A stretch of DNA of 63,871 nt, filler included, from Sphacelaria rigidula (taxonomy: Eukaryota), in the NCBI GenBank assembly GCA_964200075.2. It is 6 parts of 6 records of this genome, joined end to end, with 100 filler letters (N's around TTAATTAATTAA, not from the genome) between each part and the next. Parts side by side here need not be neighbours in the genome. Positions count along the whole stretch, not along the records: positions 10,663 to 21,224 come from CAXNAA020006272.1; positions 21,325 to 31,886 come from CAXNAA020006273.1; 4 more parts are not named here. One strand, 5' to 3'. The notes beneath the pieces are model-generated. The model ran no database searches, had not been told where the DNA came from, and saw only the letters and a list, made by a program, of their open reading frames with translations. This document shows positions 11,918-24,068 of the stretch, piece after piece; within the stretch, counting starts at the first letter, position 1, and each line of letters begins with the position of its first letter. The position numbers and the translations under genes were made by a program.

Positions 11918-14900
11918 TCACTTCCTGCGCCTCGACCTTGCTCCCCGTCCTCCCCCACCCTTGCCTCCGCCCCTGCCCCCGCCTCTGCCTCCCGTCGTGC
12001 CTGCGGTTGCGTTGGCGTTAGTGTTGGTGTTGGTGCTGGCGTTATCGTTCAATTTTTTCGTCGTCACTCTTCCGTCCTTCTTGACTGCCGCCGCCGCCTG
12101 ACCGTTCATTCTCCGGCATCCATTTGTCCTCCTGCCGTCAAAACCCGTCCGGTTGGTGTTTCCGTCTGGTCCACCTCCCGCCATCCTGATCCCACCCACG
12201 TCTGCCGGCTGTTCGCTCTGGCGTCCTGCTTCAGGCGAAATGTTCAAATTTGACGCGGAAGTGAAGCAAGGCAACCCGTCAGCCGCCTATACTAGCGCAG
12301 GGACCACACGTCCGGCCACGACAGAGAGCACTCTACTCTCCACGTCCTGCGTGTACGTCGCCTTTTTCTCGTATTTCCTCTCTACGCGGGCGGTTTCGAC
12401 ACTTGAGAGTCTACCATGGAGGGATTTCGCTTCGAGTGTTGATGAGTTCACAGGTAAATCGTGTTCGTTTTCGCTTTGTTCTTCGGCATCTAACCAACGA
12501 GCCAGGCCCTTTACCAACACTGGCTGAACACAAACGTTCAGTACTTCCCACTCCTGCCTCGTCACGATTAAAGCGTCACATCTCACCCGTGAAACCATCA
12601 CGGACGACGAGTAGAGGGCAAGTCGGGAAAGCCATTCAAAATGCTCGAGAGACTAGAAGCAAATAATTCTATACGGATCGTCTACTTCGACATCATGGCC
12701 AACGCCACTGCGGTCTCTATTGGCTCACCTCCGGAAAACTCTACAAACGCCGCCCGTTCCCTCTCTGCATAGCTCGTCCCGCCCCCGTCCATCATCTCCG
12801 CAGCCAGCTTCGCAGCCAACGCTTCATCCCCGGCGGTCTAGTGGGCAATAGATCAGCGCAACGGGAAGGTCCATCAAACAGCATTCAGCACTGTGTCGCC
12901 CTCGAGGCACGTCACCAAGCCTTTGTCGTGTATGGCGCATGCTTTACACCCAAGGGCACAAACCAACGCGCCGTACAGGTTGCCAACACGGATATGTACG
13001 TGCACATTTACCACCAAACATCAACAGATACTGCTCGATTTTGATCGATTGGTTGATTGAATGATTGAGTGATTGATTGTCGCGCTTCAACGGATCCCCC
13101 TGGGATCCAACTGTGGTCACATGATAGACCCGAGATGAAAACATATGAAACACGAGAGAAGGATACGGAATGGTGGAACAGACAGAGTAGACTAAGAAAA
13201 TAAAATAAGGGAGAGGGGAAGGGGAAGGGGGGGAATCTGCCACGAATCTAGTACGTCCAGCACCAAGCGCGGCACCCGCCGACAAGCTAATTTATGTGAG
13301 GCATTACCTCCTGCCGCACTCCATGCGCCTTCTCCATCTCCTTTCGGAAGACGTCCGGGTCGTGAGGGGCTGCCAGCTTGTTCCTGGCGGTGATCATGCC
13401 GGCCAGAAGCGAATCATCATCCACCAGCACGTCAAAGTGCCAGCCCTCCCTCTTAAAGACCTGGACGGTCTTGTCCGCATTTTCGTTGCCGACCGCATCA
13501 TAAGCCTGCCGTTATCGTTTTCAGGGGGTTCGGCGCGGTATCAAAGAGCAGCAAGGGCAACGGAGACACGACAAGCGCTTTCACTACTTCCATCGCTACA
13601 TACATGTACTTCAATGTACTGTAGTTGCCCCGACTGTCATGTTCAATACAGTGAATAGTTTCCTTGGCGACCGCACTCACGGTGAAACTGATTGCCTTCC
13701 TTCTGGCGTTCCATCCCTCGCCGAGGAAACCCACTGGCACTGACAGCGAGTCCCCCGGGATCCATGCGTACGGGTCGAAGTCGTAAAAACGGTTCACGTG
13801 CCGTGCCTGGTCCTGTGTGCGGCATTTCGTGCCGACCAATGGTGACGGGAAACAAATACAAACAGGCAGGAGCATCGACACGATCAGTTCGTCGAGTCGG
13901 GGCTCACGTGCACACAATAGGCGAACCCACGGGTGAGCCCGTAGAGATACAACAGCAGTCGGGCAAACGCAATACCCACGTATGCAGCGGGCAGAGCTGG
14001 ACACATCAAGGCGAGGCCACTTGAGCTAGCAGTGACTTATCTCAAATGCTTCGTCATATGGGATGGGGAAGAATCGGGCCGGTGTCTCGAAAACTCGAGA
14101 ACGAGGCCCCTCATGCCGCCGCCGAGGAGCCATGACCACGAGTGCGCCAGCCAAAGACGCAAACGCAAAAATGAACATCTCCCCCATGACAGCGGAGACA
14201 CCGACGCCGCTCTGTTTCGGAACCATCGTGGAAAGAAATGCATGCCTCGACACGACCGACAGATTACGTCTTGCAGGTGTCGGCCATTTCGAGTCGGACG
14301 AGACTGCATACGGGAGGGAATGAAAATACAGCCAAGGCCAAGGCAGGTAGCATGAGATATAATTGTCCTTGACTTTGCCTTGCTTTGCTTAATCCGGACA
14401 CTAATGTACAAGCACACCAACAATTAGTGCATAGCCTTCCTAGCCTTGGCATCGATTTCATGGTATCTCTTCGACAACTTTCGAGTCGACATGTACAGAC
14501 GACCACGTTTGCTTCTTCTCACCACCAGCTCCGTGGGACGGCTTTCATCCTGCAGGTGCACCATCTCGCAGATGCGAGCGGTGATCGCGGCGCCCTTGTA
14601 AAGACTGTGGTAATCGCTCCTCTTTACAACGCTCTCGAAGCGACCCCTCGCCTCTCGGGCAACCTGCGTGGAGACCGACTCGGCCAGCTTGGCGTCCAGC
14701 CTCCCCGAAGCCAACCTTTTCGCGCCCTCCTCCTCATGTGCGAGCGCCGAAAGGGCTTCGGCGGCAAGCCATGCCCCCACGTGCTCCTTCTCGCCTGAAA
14801 ATACCTCCCACCACTTTCCTAGGCTCACCACAAAGCCCACAAATGACTTCACGTGGTTCTGGGCATGTCGGCGATCAAGGAAAACGTCAGGTGATGTATT

Positions 14901-15832
14901 GAAGTCACGGGGAGCAACGGACGATCGGCGAGGAAAGGACACCCTGATGTGACAAGGACACCAACCCAGCACGGAAGAGGTACGCGAGCAAACAGTGCAG
15001 ACACGATCGGTGCTGCACCAGTTCCGAATCAGAGTATTTCATCACGCTTCTGTGCTTCCTCGACCAACTGCTTCGGGGCCACGTACTGCTGCATGCCCCC
15101 CTTTGCTGTTTTTGCGGTGTCTCGTTTCACTTCTAAGGCCGTTCGGAGCGCTCATGAACCGGTACAGGGGCATCTATGTACCTACGGTACCACAACCCAC
15201 TCACGTGTAGTCCTGCCCTTGGTGGGTGTGCTACGACACACCACAAACACACCTCACGAAATCCACCTCGACTCAGCACACGAGTTACCTTGGCTACCTT
15301 ACTTACCTTCGCCTTCGGTTGGAGATTCTTGTACGTCGATGTTGACGTGACCACAGCCACTTTTCCCTCAAACTCCTTCAGCTTCGTCGGGTCCTGTGCC
15401 GCGACCATCAACGCTGAGTCTATTTCGGACGAGAACCTACAGTTCCCGTCCCCACGGTGGAGGACCACAACTCCCCCAACGTACGCCGTGCACCCCTCTA
15501 CCCCTGCAGAGGTTTTATCCAGGAATCCCGTCTCCGGGATCACGAGGGACGGTAAACGATCCAGCTTCAGATCCTGTTCCGACAACTGTCAACACAGATG
15601 AGCAGTGGAAGGCAGGACGATGGATGATGGCCAGTAATAGTGTGTGTGTGCGCGCTGGGGGCTCATGGGGCATGGTCCCCCGTCGTGATCAGCGTACGAG
15701 AGGGCGAAGGGTGAGGGGATTCTTCAAGAGGACCTTGTTTTGTCGGAGATCGCAGTCACAGCTGCACACGTTGCGCTTCGTCTCCTGCCGTGCCACGTTA
15801 AAGGCGGATTGCACTGCATTGCCATAATGCTA
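11918..15832 (-). pseudogene. Multi-exon gene of unknown family, apparently disrupted, with a Gly/Arg-rich C-terminal tail
   Basis: Exon-like blocks with splice signals: 15307-15573 (cag|DLKLDRLPSL...QPKAK|gtaagt, 267 nt), ~14430-14945 (KWWEVFSGEKEHVGAWLAAEAL), ~13650-13815 (FYDFDPYAWIPGD), ~13308-13500 (GWHFDVLVDDDSLL...RQE|gtaatg) and ~11918-12600 (RGGGRGGGKGGGGRG). In-frame stops interrupt the ~14985-15180 block and occur at 12287-12289. Confidence 0.55.
13042..13140 (-). repeat. Non-LTR retroelement-like 3' end with (CAAT)n-type tail
   Basis: TTGA/GATT repeats followed by TGTCGC...GATCCCCC.GGGATCCA...GTGGTCACATG. Related copies at ~54872-55005, ~62555-62620 (opposite strand) and ~63625-63712. 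Confidence 0.6.
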
Positions 15833-16097
15833 GAACACGCCACACGACAACGTGCCGAATACTGTATTTGGTTCCGAGTATATAGCAACAACTCACAGCG
15901 AATATCGATTGCCTATACAAGCTCCGCTTACACCCTCACAAACGAACCACGAGCTGGGCCAGCCCGGAAATGGATTGAAGCTTGAAGATGGATTTAGTGA
16001 CTCAGTAGTGAGTGAGGGTTTGGCTTCGAAATTTATTTGTGGGAATCGCAAAGGCATAATAGAATACCCTGTTTCAAGACCACGTTTTTTTCATGAC

Positions 16098-16606
16098 TTA
16101 GGTCGCTTCTTATGGCAAAAAAGAATAGATGATGAAGAACTGCGTCTCTGGTCCTTCAGGTTCGTTTTACGCCCTGAAAGTGGGCTACTGTAGGCGGATT
16201 TTGACACTTTGGAGTGCCTTGATCAACTCGTTCAGATTGCTATAGGACATCTTCGCGTTTCCCGGTGACCACAGTTTTTCTTGGCCAAACTTGCACTTTT
16301 GTCCAAGGGCAGTCGAGTCCAGAGAAAACTGCTCGGACTGTGTCGTTGACAGAGACAAGTGGCGATTTTCCCTATATTTAATTGTTTTTTACCGTTCGTT
16401 GACAAAAATTCTTGTCTGGCCAAAAGATGAAAACTGCGGCCAACGGTAAACGGGTTCATGTCCTGGAACCGCCTCAACGAGTTCACCAAGTCATTTAAAG
16501 GTGTCAAACTCCGCCTAGCTCTCTTTCAAGGCGTAAAACGACGTATAAGGTCCACAAGGGCACTTTTCCACGTTTCAATTTATGTATGTTATAAGGAGCG
16601 GCCCAA
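16098..16606. mobile_element. Degenerate foldback MITE (same family as 18323-18796)
   Basis: Termini TTAGGTCGCTTCTTAT / ATAAGGAGCGGCCCAA. The two halves are mutually inverted and match the 18323 family. Confidence 0.75.
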
Positions 16607-18322
16607 GACGTGAGGAAAAACAAAAATGGCCGGTCCCTGCAACATGGCTTCGGCGTACAAAGTCCTGCGCAGAACCACTCTCATACCCCCAGTCGTAAAA
16701 AACAAGAAGCAAAAAAAAAAGCGAGGTACCACACTGCTCTGCCATACACCGGCAGGGAACAACACACACGTAGTGAGAAAGATGGGGAAAATGAAAGAAT
16801 ATATAGGAGGAAACGTAATACATACATATATATATATATATGTTCATTTCCAACACTCGAAGAGAGCTGGAGACAGCCAAAATTGGCATTGCCCGGAGTT
16901 GGGGGGAAAATAACAAAAAATATTATCTTACCATGGTAGGCCTAACTGTCTATTCGTCGTTTATCTTGTGTCATAACTTCATTATGAAATTTCAACAACT
17001 GCGCCGCGCATCGTTAGTGGCTTCTGGAAGCGGAGCCTTGGTCGGCTCAGCTCGCACTGTGCCTGCCTATTGCGTGGTGCTTCTAGTGTGTGACGTGGGT
17101 CATCAATAAAGTACGGCCAGTGCACACGTGGGCAAGCCCTTCTTGCAATCGAGCAAGCTGCACCTAACTGACGGGGGTGGTCTACCTGACGGAGCGGGTA
17201 GCAAAAACACAACGAAATTTAAAAAAAATACCGCGAGCACTTCCAACCGTAAATTTATCCTGCTAACCAAAGAAACACGAAAAAATAACAAGACCGTCCG
17301 TTGTTTCTTGGCATCAAATTGTAGATCAACTTGCTTTATGTATACGCCTATGAGTTCAAGCCATGACCTTCGCACGTGCGGCATGCTGCGTGCTTCATGG
17401 GCCCCGTTGTGTAGCAGCACACTGTACAGGCTGGTTCACACTTGTCACCGCAAAGCGTACTCATTCGAGAATCATCACTCTGGTTTTCGGAGTTAGACTC
17501 TAAACATTTGCAGTAACAACGTTCTTTAGGCCCTTACGCAACTTTTGAAATAACATTTTCTGGATTTCAACTCGCCGGTTATCGTGAGTCCCAGGGGTTC
17601 GGGAATTTTTAGGATCACACCCCCTTCTGAGACCCCCGATAACTGGTGAAATGAGAAAAAATTAGAAACCCCGTCCATCACAGGTTTCGTATTGACCCGA
17701 TGTACACGTGTGCACGTTTTCAAAATCTGACTCCGAAAACCGGCAGGAGGTCTTGCGGAGGACTGCGCTGAAGTGTACCGTGCCCAGTACAGCTTCCTAC
17801 CGAATGTTGGTTCTAGTATAGGAACGCCTTTTTCGGGTACGTTTGACATGACAACGACTCTCTTGCATCAGCTTATCGAGTTCAACTTGCCAAGCTTCGT
17901 ACAAATATTCCTTCGACTATCCCAGGACGAGCACATTCCCTACTTTTTGCTTTGAGGCGTCTTGTATCGGCTTTCGGAGGTCCTGGTATGAAGACTCTGG
18001 CAGTCGGTTAAAAAGCGCAGGAACTATGGGATAGTTTGTCAACGTCACATTTTTCCATTTGCAAGCACCAATGTCTACCGAACTGCCAACTTTGAGGGAG
18101 ATCTGAGCTATTATACTTTCTTCATGACTGAGTCTACGACAGATATGGGAGAAAGCGTCAGGACAATTACTGGGAGTTTAGCACAACAGTACCATGAAAA
18201 GAAATCCGACGACGCCAAAACCCCACATCACCGAAATACTATTACACGTTTTCGGGTATAATTCGAGCCCATAGTAACCCTTTCTAAATATATATATATA
18301 TATATATATGTTTTCCCCGCTA

Positions 18323-18796
18323 TGAGGCCGCTCCTTGTAACAGACAAGAATCAAATTATGTGAAAGTGCCCTGTTAGAGCTTTACCTCGTTTTACGCCCT
18401 AAAAGAAAGCTAGGCGAGTTGGACGCCTTGGAATGACTTGCTCTACTCGTTGAGGCGGTTCCAGCATATCTTCCCGTCTTCCGGTGGCCGCAGTGTTCAT
18501 TTTGGCCAAACAACAGTTGTTGTCCAGAGACGGTCAAGTCCAGAGAAAAATGGCGACGTTTTCTAGGCTTTGACCGTTTTTGACCGTCTCTGGACAACAA
18601 TTGTTGTTTGGCCAAAATGAAAACTGCGGCCACCGGAAGATGGGAAGATGTCCTGGAACTGCCCCAACGAGTAGAGCAGGTCATTCCAAGGTGTCAAACT
18701 CCGCCTAGCTCTCTTTTAGGGCATATGACTAGGTAAAAGCTCCAAAAAGGCACTCTTCCAGATTTTGATTCTGGTCTGTTGTAAGGAGCGGCCTGA
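18323..18796. mobile_element. Foldback (full-length palindromic) MITE, 474 bp, TA-flanked
   Basis: Termini TGAGGCCGCTCCTT / AAGGAGCGGCCTGA with TA on both sides (18321-18322 and 18797-18798). The arms are inverted almost to the centre (~18560). Confidence 0.88.
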
Positions 18797-19237
18797 TACA
18801 TCTCCGAGCTGATGGCGGTTCCTGCGATTTAAAGCATGTGGAGATTGAGTAAAAATTGAACAGGGAATTCAGTCTGTCAAGTTCCAAAAAATTGAGAGGC
18901 TGCTGAGTGGTCAAGGTACCTTTTCGCCCAAAGTGTCACCGCTACGGCCTTGAATAGAGATCTGGTCGTCACCTTCTTCAATTCTACATGGCGGTCAGTA
19001 TGATACCATGTATGGCACAATTGAGTAGGTATTGCCGACGACATTTGCTGATTGGTGAATTTTGGATGGTGAGCGAAAAGCAGACTGTACCTGACCCGAA
19101 CTACGCGACAGAGCAAATACCGTCGCTACCGCCTACAAAGAAGACCTTGGCTGTTGCCTTTCAATGTGATCGATGTTCTTCATTACTTGTAGTAAAGGGC
19201 TTGCAAGCGGCGACACAAGCACCGTTCACGTTCTTAC

Positions 19238-19336
19238 CTTCTCGTTTTGACGCTGCTGCTGCAACTTCTGAATGCGCTCTTGCGAGCGCCTTTCCGCCTC
19301 CTCCGAGGCCAGAAGCTTTCGCTTCAACTCCGAGAC
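19238..19336 (-). CDS. Coiled-coil exon cassette, copy A (99 nt, VSELKRKLLASEEAERRSQERIQKLQQQRQNEK)
   Basis: CAG acceptor and GTAAGA donor. Open in phase 0. Homologous to copies B-D. Confidence 0.55.
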
Positions 19337-19685
19337 CTGATGCACGCATCATATCGTTTGTGATTCGTGTGGGACGGGACCAAGAGCACGGAAAATGATA
19401 GAAAAAAAACCCGGCAAGGGTAACACGGGGATATACAGGGCGTGATATCAAGACTCAAGAGTGCTCAGCCCTGCACTGTATACGACCGCTGAACAAAAAG
19501 CAACGCCCGAAATGTGCTTGTTGGATCTGACTGCTTGCAGTGCAGGCCTGAGCGCTCTCGTTTCTTCATGTCATGCACAGTGTATCCCCGTGTTTTGTTC
19601 GTGCTGCCCGTTTCCGACTGCACTTCTTTCCCATACCCTTGGCCCTACGCCGCGTGAATCGCAGACGACATCATGCGTGCATCAG

Positions 19686-19784
19686 GTCTCCGAGTTGCAG
19701 CGAAAGCTTCTCGTCTCGGGGGAGGCGGAGAAGCGCTCGCAAGAGCGCATTGAGAAGTTGCAGCAGCAGCGTCAAAACGAGGAG
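19686..19784 (+). CDS. Coiled-coil exon cassette, copy B (99 nt, opposite strand)
   Basis: CAG|GTCTCC...GAGGAG|GTAACA. Translates VSELQRKLLVSGEAEKRSQERIEKLQQQRQNEE. Confidence 0.5.
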
Positions 19785-19797
19785 GTAACACTGCTAT

Positions 19798-19893
19798 CTT
19801 CTCGTTGTGACGCTGCTCCAACTTCCCACTGCGCTGTTACGACCGCTTCTCCGCCTCCTCCGAGGCGAGAAGCTTCCGCCGCAACTCGGAGAC
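19798..19893 (-). pseudogene. Coiled-coil exon cassette, copy C (96 nt, inactivated)
   Basis: CAG acceptor retained, but there is an in-frame TAA and the donor reads AT instead of GT. Lies tail-to-tail with copy B across a 13-bp spacer. Confidence 0.65.
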
Positions 19894-20147
19894 CTGATGC
19901 ACGCATCATGGCGTTTGTGATCCACGCGGCACAGGGCCAAGAGCACGAAAAAGAAGTGCGATCAGAAACGGGCTGCATGAGCAACACGGGGATACACAGT
20001 GCGTGACATATAGAAACGAGAGCGCTCAGCCCTGGACGGCATTCGGTCGCTGAGCAACAAACGACACTATTGATGTTCATATTGTGTCTCAAATAATTGT
20101 AGTACAAGGCGTGAAAGCGGCGACACAAGTACCGTCGGCGTTGTTAC

Positions 20148-20243
20148 CTCCAGGATGTGCTGCTGCTGCACCTGCACAATGCGCCCCTGCGAGCGCCTTT
20201 CCGCCTCCTCCGAGGCCAGGAGCTTCCGCCGCAGCTGGGACAC
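20148..20243 (-). CDS. Coiled-coil exon cassette, copy D (96 nt, VSQLRRKLLASEEAERRSQGRIVQVQQQHILE)
   Basis: CAG acceptor and GTAACA donor. Open in phase 0. Confidence 0.5.
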
Positions 20244-20870
20244 CTGATGCGCGCACCATGCAATTTGTGATTTACGCGGCACAGGACCAAGGGCACGGGA
20301 AAGAGGTGCAATCAGAAACGGGCTGCATGAGCAACAAGGGGATATACAGTGCTTGACATGAAAGCATGAGGGCGCTCAACCCTAGACCGGAAAAGAACAC
20401 TCGTGTCAGCTACATCGCATGAACTACAAAGTACTTCGTGTGCCGCAGACACTTCTACAGACAGACCACACGTACGTGACGGCTCGTCTCCTCCACAATA
20501 ATTCTCGCGCCGCTGGGTACTGTAGTAGGGTGCAGATATCGGTACCCGCACGTCGTGTGGCACCGCTGATGACAATACGGCAGTTCGACCTCATGGGGTG
20601 TGCACGTGTGCAAAGCGCACAGTATTTGTCACCGCATTTCGAATGCTCGCAGCGTAGGACACATACTCTCAGCGATATCCTCTCAACAGTTCAGTCGTCA
20701 TCGTCGTATGACTCTTCAAAGTATCCATGTTTCTTGATCGGTTCCAAGGCGTTGCATCACATGAAAAAGCCAGATTATTTTTCCCGTCTCTCTCGTCTTT
20801 ACCCGAATATTCAGCTTAACCCTTTTGGGACTGAAGCTTACCCACACCACGTTCACGACGTGTTAGTAAA

Positions 20871-21224
20871 ATAATAATAAACAAGTCTGGGAGCGACCTG
20901 TCCAATCAGGGCGAGGCGAAATTTATCGACCACATCAGAACGACCAGTGGGGGGGGGGGGGCTGTTGCCGGGAGTGATGTCACTGCAAAGTTGGTGTACC
21001 CTGTCCCTGGCCCACAGAAAAGCCTTCGAAGCAAAAGAAAGCCTACATTCTCGGGGCTCGGATTCCCGATTTTTTCATCATTTACTTGCATTTTATGTAG
21101 GCCCGACCTCCCATCCCCCGAATTTTTTTTGGGTCACCATCCTATAGTAAACCCTAGTTGATAGCACTAACATGTAATGCTCGGGGGAAATTCGGGAATA
21201 AATGTACCCCGCTCTATATATGTG
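20871..21224 (+). repeat. Dispersed repeat (~350 bp), second copy at ~40838-41270
   Basis: Both copies begin (ATA)n..AAGTCTGGGAGCGAC and end TATATATGTG, with colinear interiors. Confidence 0.85.
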
Positions 21225-21324
21225 NNNNNNNNNNNNNNNNNNNNNNNNNNNNNNNNNNNNNNNNNNNNTTAATTAATTAANNNNNNNNNNNNNNNNNNNN
21301 NNNNNNNNNNNNNNNNNNNNNNNN
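21225..21324. other. Artificial contig spacer
   Basis: N44-TTAATTAATTAA-N44. Confidence 0.99.
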
Positions 21325-21325
21325 C

Positions 21326-21400
21326 GCGTTTCTGGCCATTTTTCGTACCTTTCCTAGGCAAACAACGAGAAGGTGTACCTTTTCTAGGCCATTGCCCTAA
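21326..21400 (+). repeat. Repeat arm, reverse complement of 53117-53190
   Basis: GCGTTTCTGGCCATTTTTCGTACCTTTC...GAGAAGGTGTACCTTTTCTAGGCCATTGCCC matches the end of contig 5 inverted. Confidence 0.85.
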
Positions 21401-23615
21401 AAAAATTCCAAAATCAACAATCAAACCCATGTACCACCAAATGCAGTGTTTTCAGAATGTCGTGAGCATTTCCGAGATATCCACAGGAAATCACCGACCC
21501 ATCATTGAGACGATCATCCTACTCTGCCATAACTATATCATGAATAAATAGTTCACTCTTTTCCGGATGTCCGATGTGTTTGAGGTCATTGGTAGAGAAA
21601 CAAGCAAGCCCGCCAAGGCATTATATCCCTCTGATAACTAAGTTCATGCTAATCACTCGTCCAACTCAATCAGCAAAAGCCAGCAAGGTACAGCCCATTT
21701 CGTCGCGTAAGTTTCCCGCGATAACCATACGTTGATAAAATAAAAATAAATAGAACGATAACGGACAATTCAACCTGTTCGACGTGAGTTAATTGTCGGT
21801 ACATGTTTGTGAGAGCAACGACTTGCTTGGGACATCTGGTTGATGATCCAGCCGTACAGCATTTTTATTTTTCTCACACGACGATACAAAAACAACCGAC
21901 CGGTTTGTGAGGTCAGGTGTCCGTACACATAAAAAAAAAAACAGTAGTGAATGATACACAACCTTCGGTCCTACTACGTAGTTCCGAGGTGGATCGTCCA
22001 ACACATTCCTGAACCACGACAAATACACAGGACAGAAAGGGCCAACGTAGCCCGCTCCTCATAGTATTTGCCCGTTCGGACTAAAACGAGACTGGCCCGA
22101 ACACAAACTGGAGTAAAAACCACAGCCGGTCGTACCGTCACGTTACTTCGTCCAATATTCCCTGGAAAAAACAAAACACCACCGACCGATTTCAGGGGCG
22201 GGTAATTGTGCACAAAAAGCTGGTAAAAGTGACAGATAAAAATAACGAGTGGCGGGCTCTGAGCCTGAAGGCTGTACCAATGGTCGAATATCGACATGAC
22301 AGAACGGACAGTTCCGAAAGAGCAATCTACCTCATCATGATACGAAATGGTCCTGTATGAGGAGACGTTTGCAACCGATCATATCGCGACTTCAATAACA
22401 ATTCTTCAATACCGTCATGTACGACGCGGCCAGTGGTGGTCTCGTTGTAACTTACCAATCACCAAAGTATGAATCATCGCGTCGCATTATCCGTGACCCT
22501 CCTATAAACGAGGTCGGTCACATGCGGCAGGACTCGCAAAAAAAAAGTAGGCCAAGTATTCTAGACTCGAGGATCATGAATGTTGGAACACTCGTGGCAA
22601 AATTCCCGACATAGACGCAGAAACCAAAACCAAAATAATACAAAAGCAGGGGCACGCTGGGCAACAGCAAAAATGAAGATCCGCAACATAAAGCAAAAAA
22701 ACAACACGTGGCAACCGTCCTTGTAAACGGGAGCGGTTATCGTGTGTATGGAGCAAGCAGAGTCAAAAGTTTCGATCAAGAAGGTCAAAACATTTCAGGC
22801 ATTCGGCTTCGGCTACTATCGCCCATGTTCATACAAAACCCAGCGTGGTACGCACAAAAAAGAGGGACACGTCACGACCGATCCCGAAGAGGGAGGCGGT
22901 ATGCGTGTACGGAGCGGTTGGGCAAGAGCGCAACTATTCCAGACGGGGAGGTCAGGTATATGCAGCGCCCGCTCCTAAAACTCTCAACCGAAAAGACAAA
23001 ATAAAATAAAATACCGACAACGTATGACACAAACAAAAAGGTGCGTACAACGAGGAAGAAAAAAATGAAGAAAAAAATAACTTGTGGCAACTGTTCCAGT
23101 AAACGGAATGCTTGCGAATGTACAGCGCGGAGGACGGAGGATCAAGGTTCCAGACTCGGGGTCAGGAATGGAACGGTCGTCACTTATACGTTGCCAGATG
23201 AACCCAGAATTAACCAAGAAAATTGCCCATTGAACACGAACAAAAATCGAACACAAAGCACGAGGCGAAAAGAGAAGAAAAGAAGAGAAGAAAAACAACA
23301 AAAAACAAAGACAAAAACAAATCAACATAAATGACGCAAAGACAAAAAAAAACGAAACACAAAATCAGGTCCAAAGAAACAAAAAAACAAAACACAACAC
23401 AAGAAAAAAATACAAAATACAAAAACAAAAGACGAAATACCAAATACAAAACACAACATCAAATACTACAAGTACGGGGCTAATCAGTACGCAAAAAAAT
23501 GGAGGGGGGAAGGGGGGGGGAGAACACATGGTTTTCCAACGACGCTACGGTGCAAGACAAGCGACTCGAATGCGGTACACTACGCAAGGTGATTGGGGAA
23601 GCAGACTCGGATGCA

Positions 23616-24068
23616 TCATGAGTCATCTGCATCCCAAGCGGTGTCCGTGTTCCGTAGAACGGCTGTTTCGAGTTCGCCATGGTCGTGTCGTTGGAGGCAC
23701 CAGGATCCCCTCCGAGCGGTCGGCTCCTCGGTGAAGTAAGCATCATCCAAGCGAATCTCGAGGGGGCTCGGGTCATCAAGGAAACGGATAAAGTAGGAGT
23801 GGTCAGACGTAGGATCGACCAAATGAATTTTACCTAACCACCACAGCGAATCCAAGGCCTTATACCAGAAATACGCCCCTTTTGGCAATCGTTTTCCGTG
23901 AAAACACTGCATGTATTGTGAACGCGAAAGAAGGCTATAGCCTGTCACAACAAACCGCGCTGAGTGTTCACGTGCCAGTTTCTGAGCGGCGGCTCCCTTG
24001 CGCATCGACCGATATCTCTTATTCAACGGGCGGTGTTAGACGGTATCTCCTACCCAGTACAGCAATAT
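23616..24068 (-). pseudogene. In-frame C-terminal extension of the integrase with a Tudor/SH3-like motif
   Basis: Same frame as the chromodomain through two TAA codons. Motif GAYFWYKALDSLWWLGKIHLVDPTSDHSYFIRFLDD. Confidence 0.5.

Noticed and set aside
22984-23449. Phe/Leu-rich membrane-like and Lys-rich ORFs
   Set aside because: These are translations of A-rich low-complexity sequence downstream of the Gypsy ORF.
23500-23523. Polypurine tract or LTR boundary for the Gypsy element
   Set aside because: The purines are on the + strand whereas the element is on the - strand, and no matching LTR pair was found between 21325-23500 and 31000-31886.
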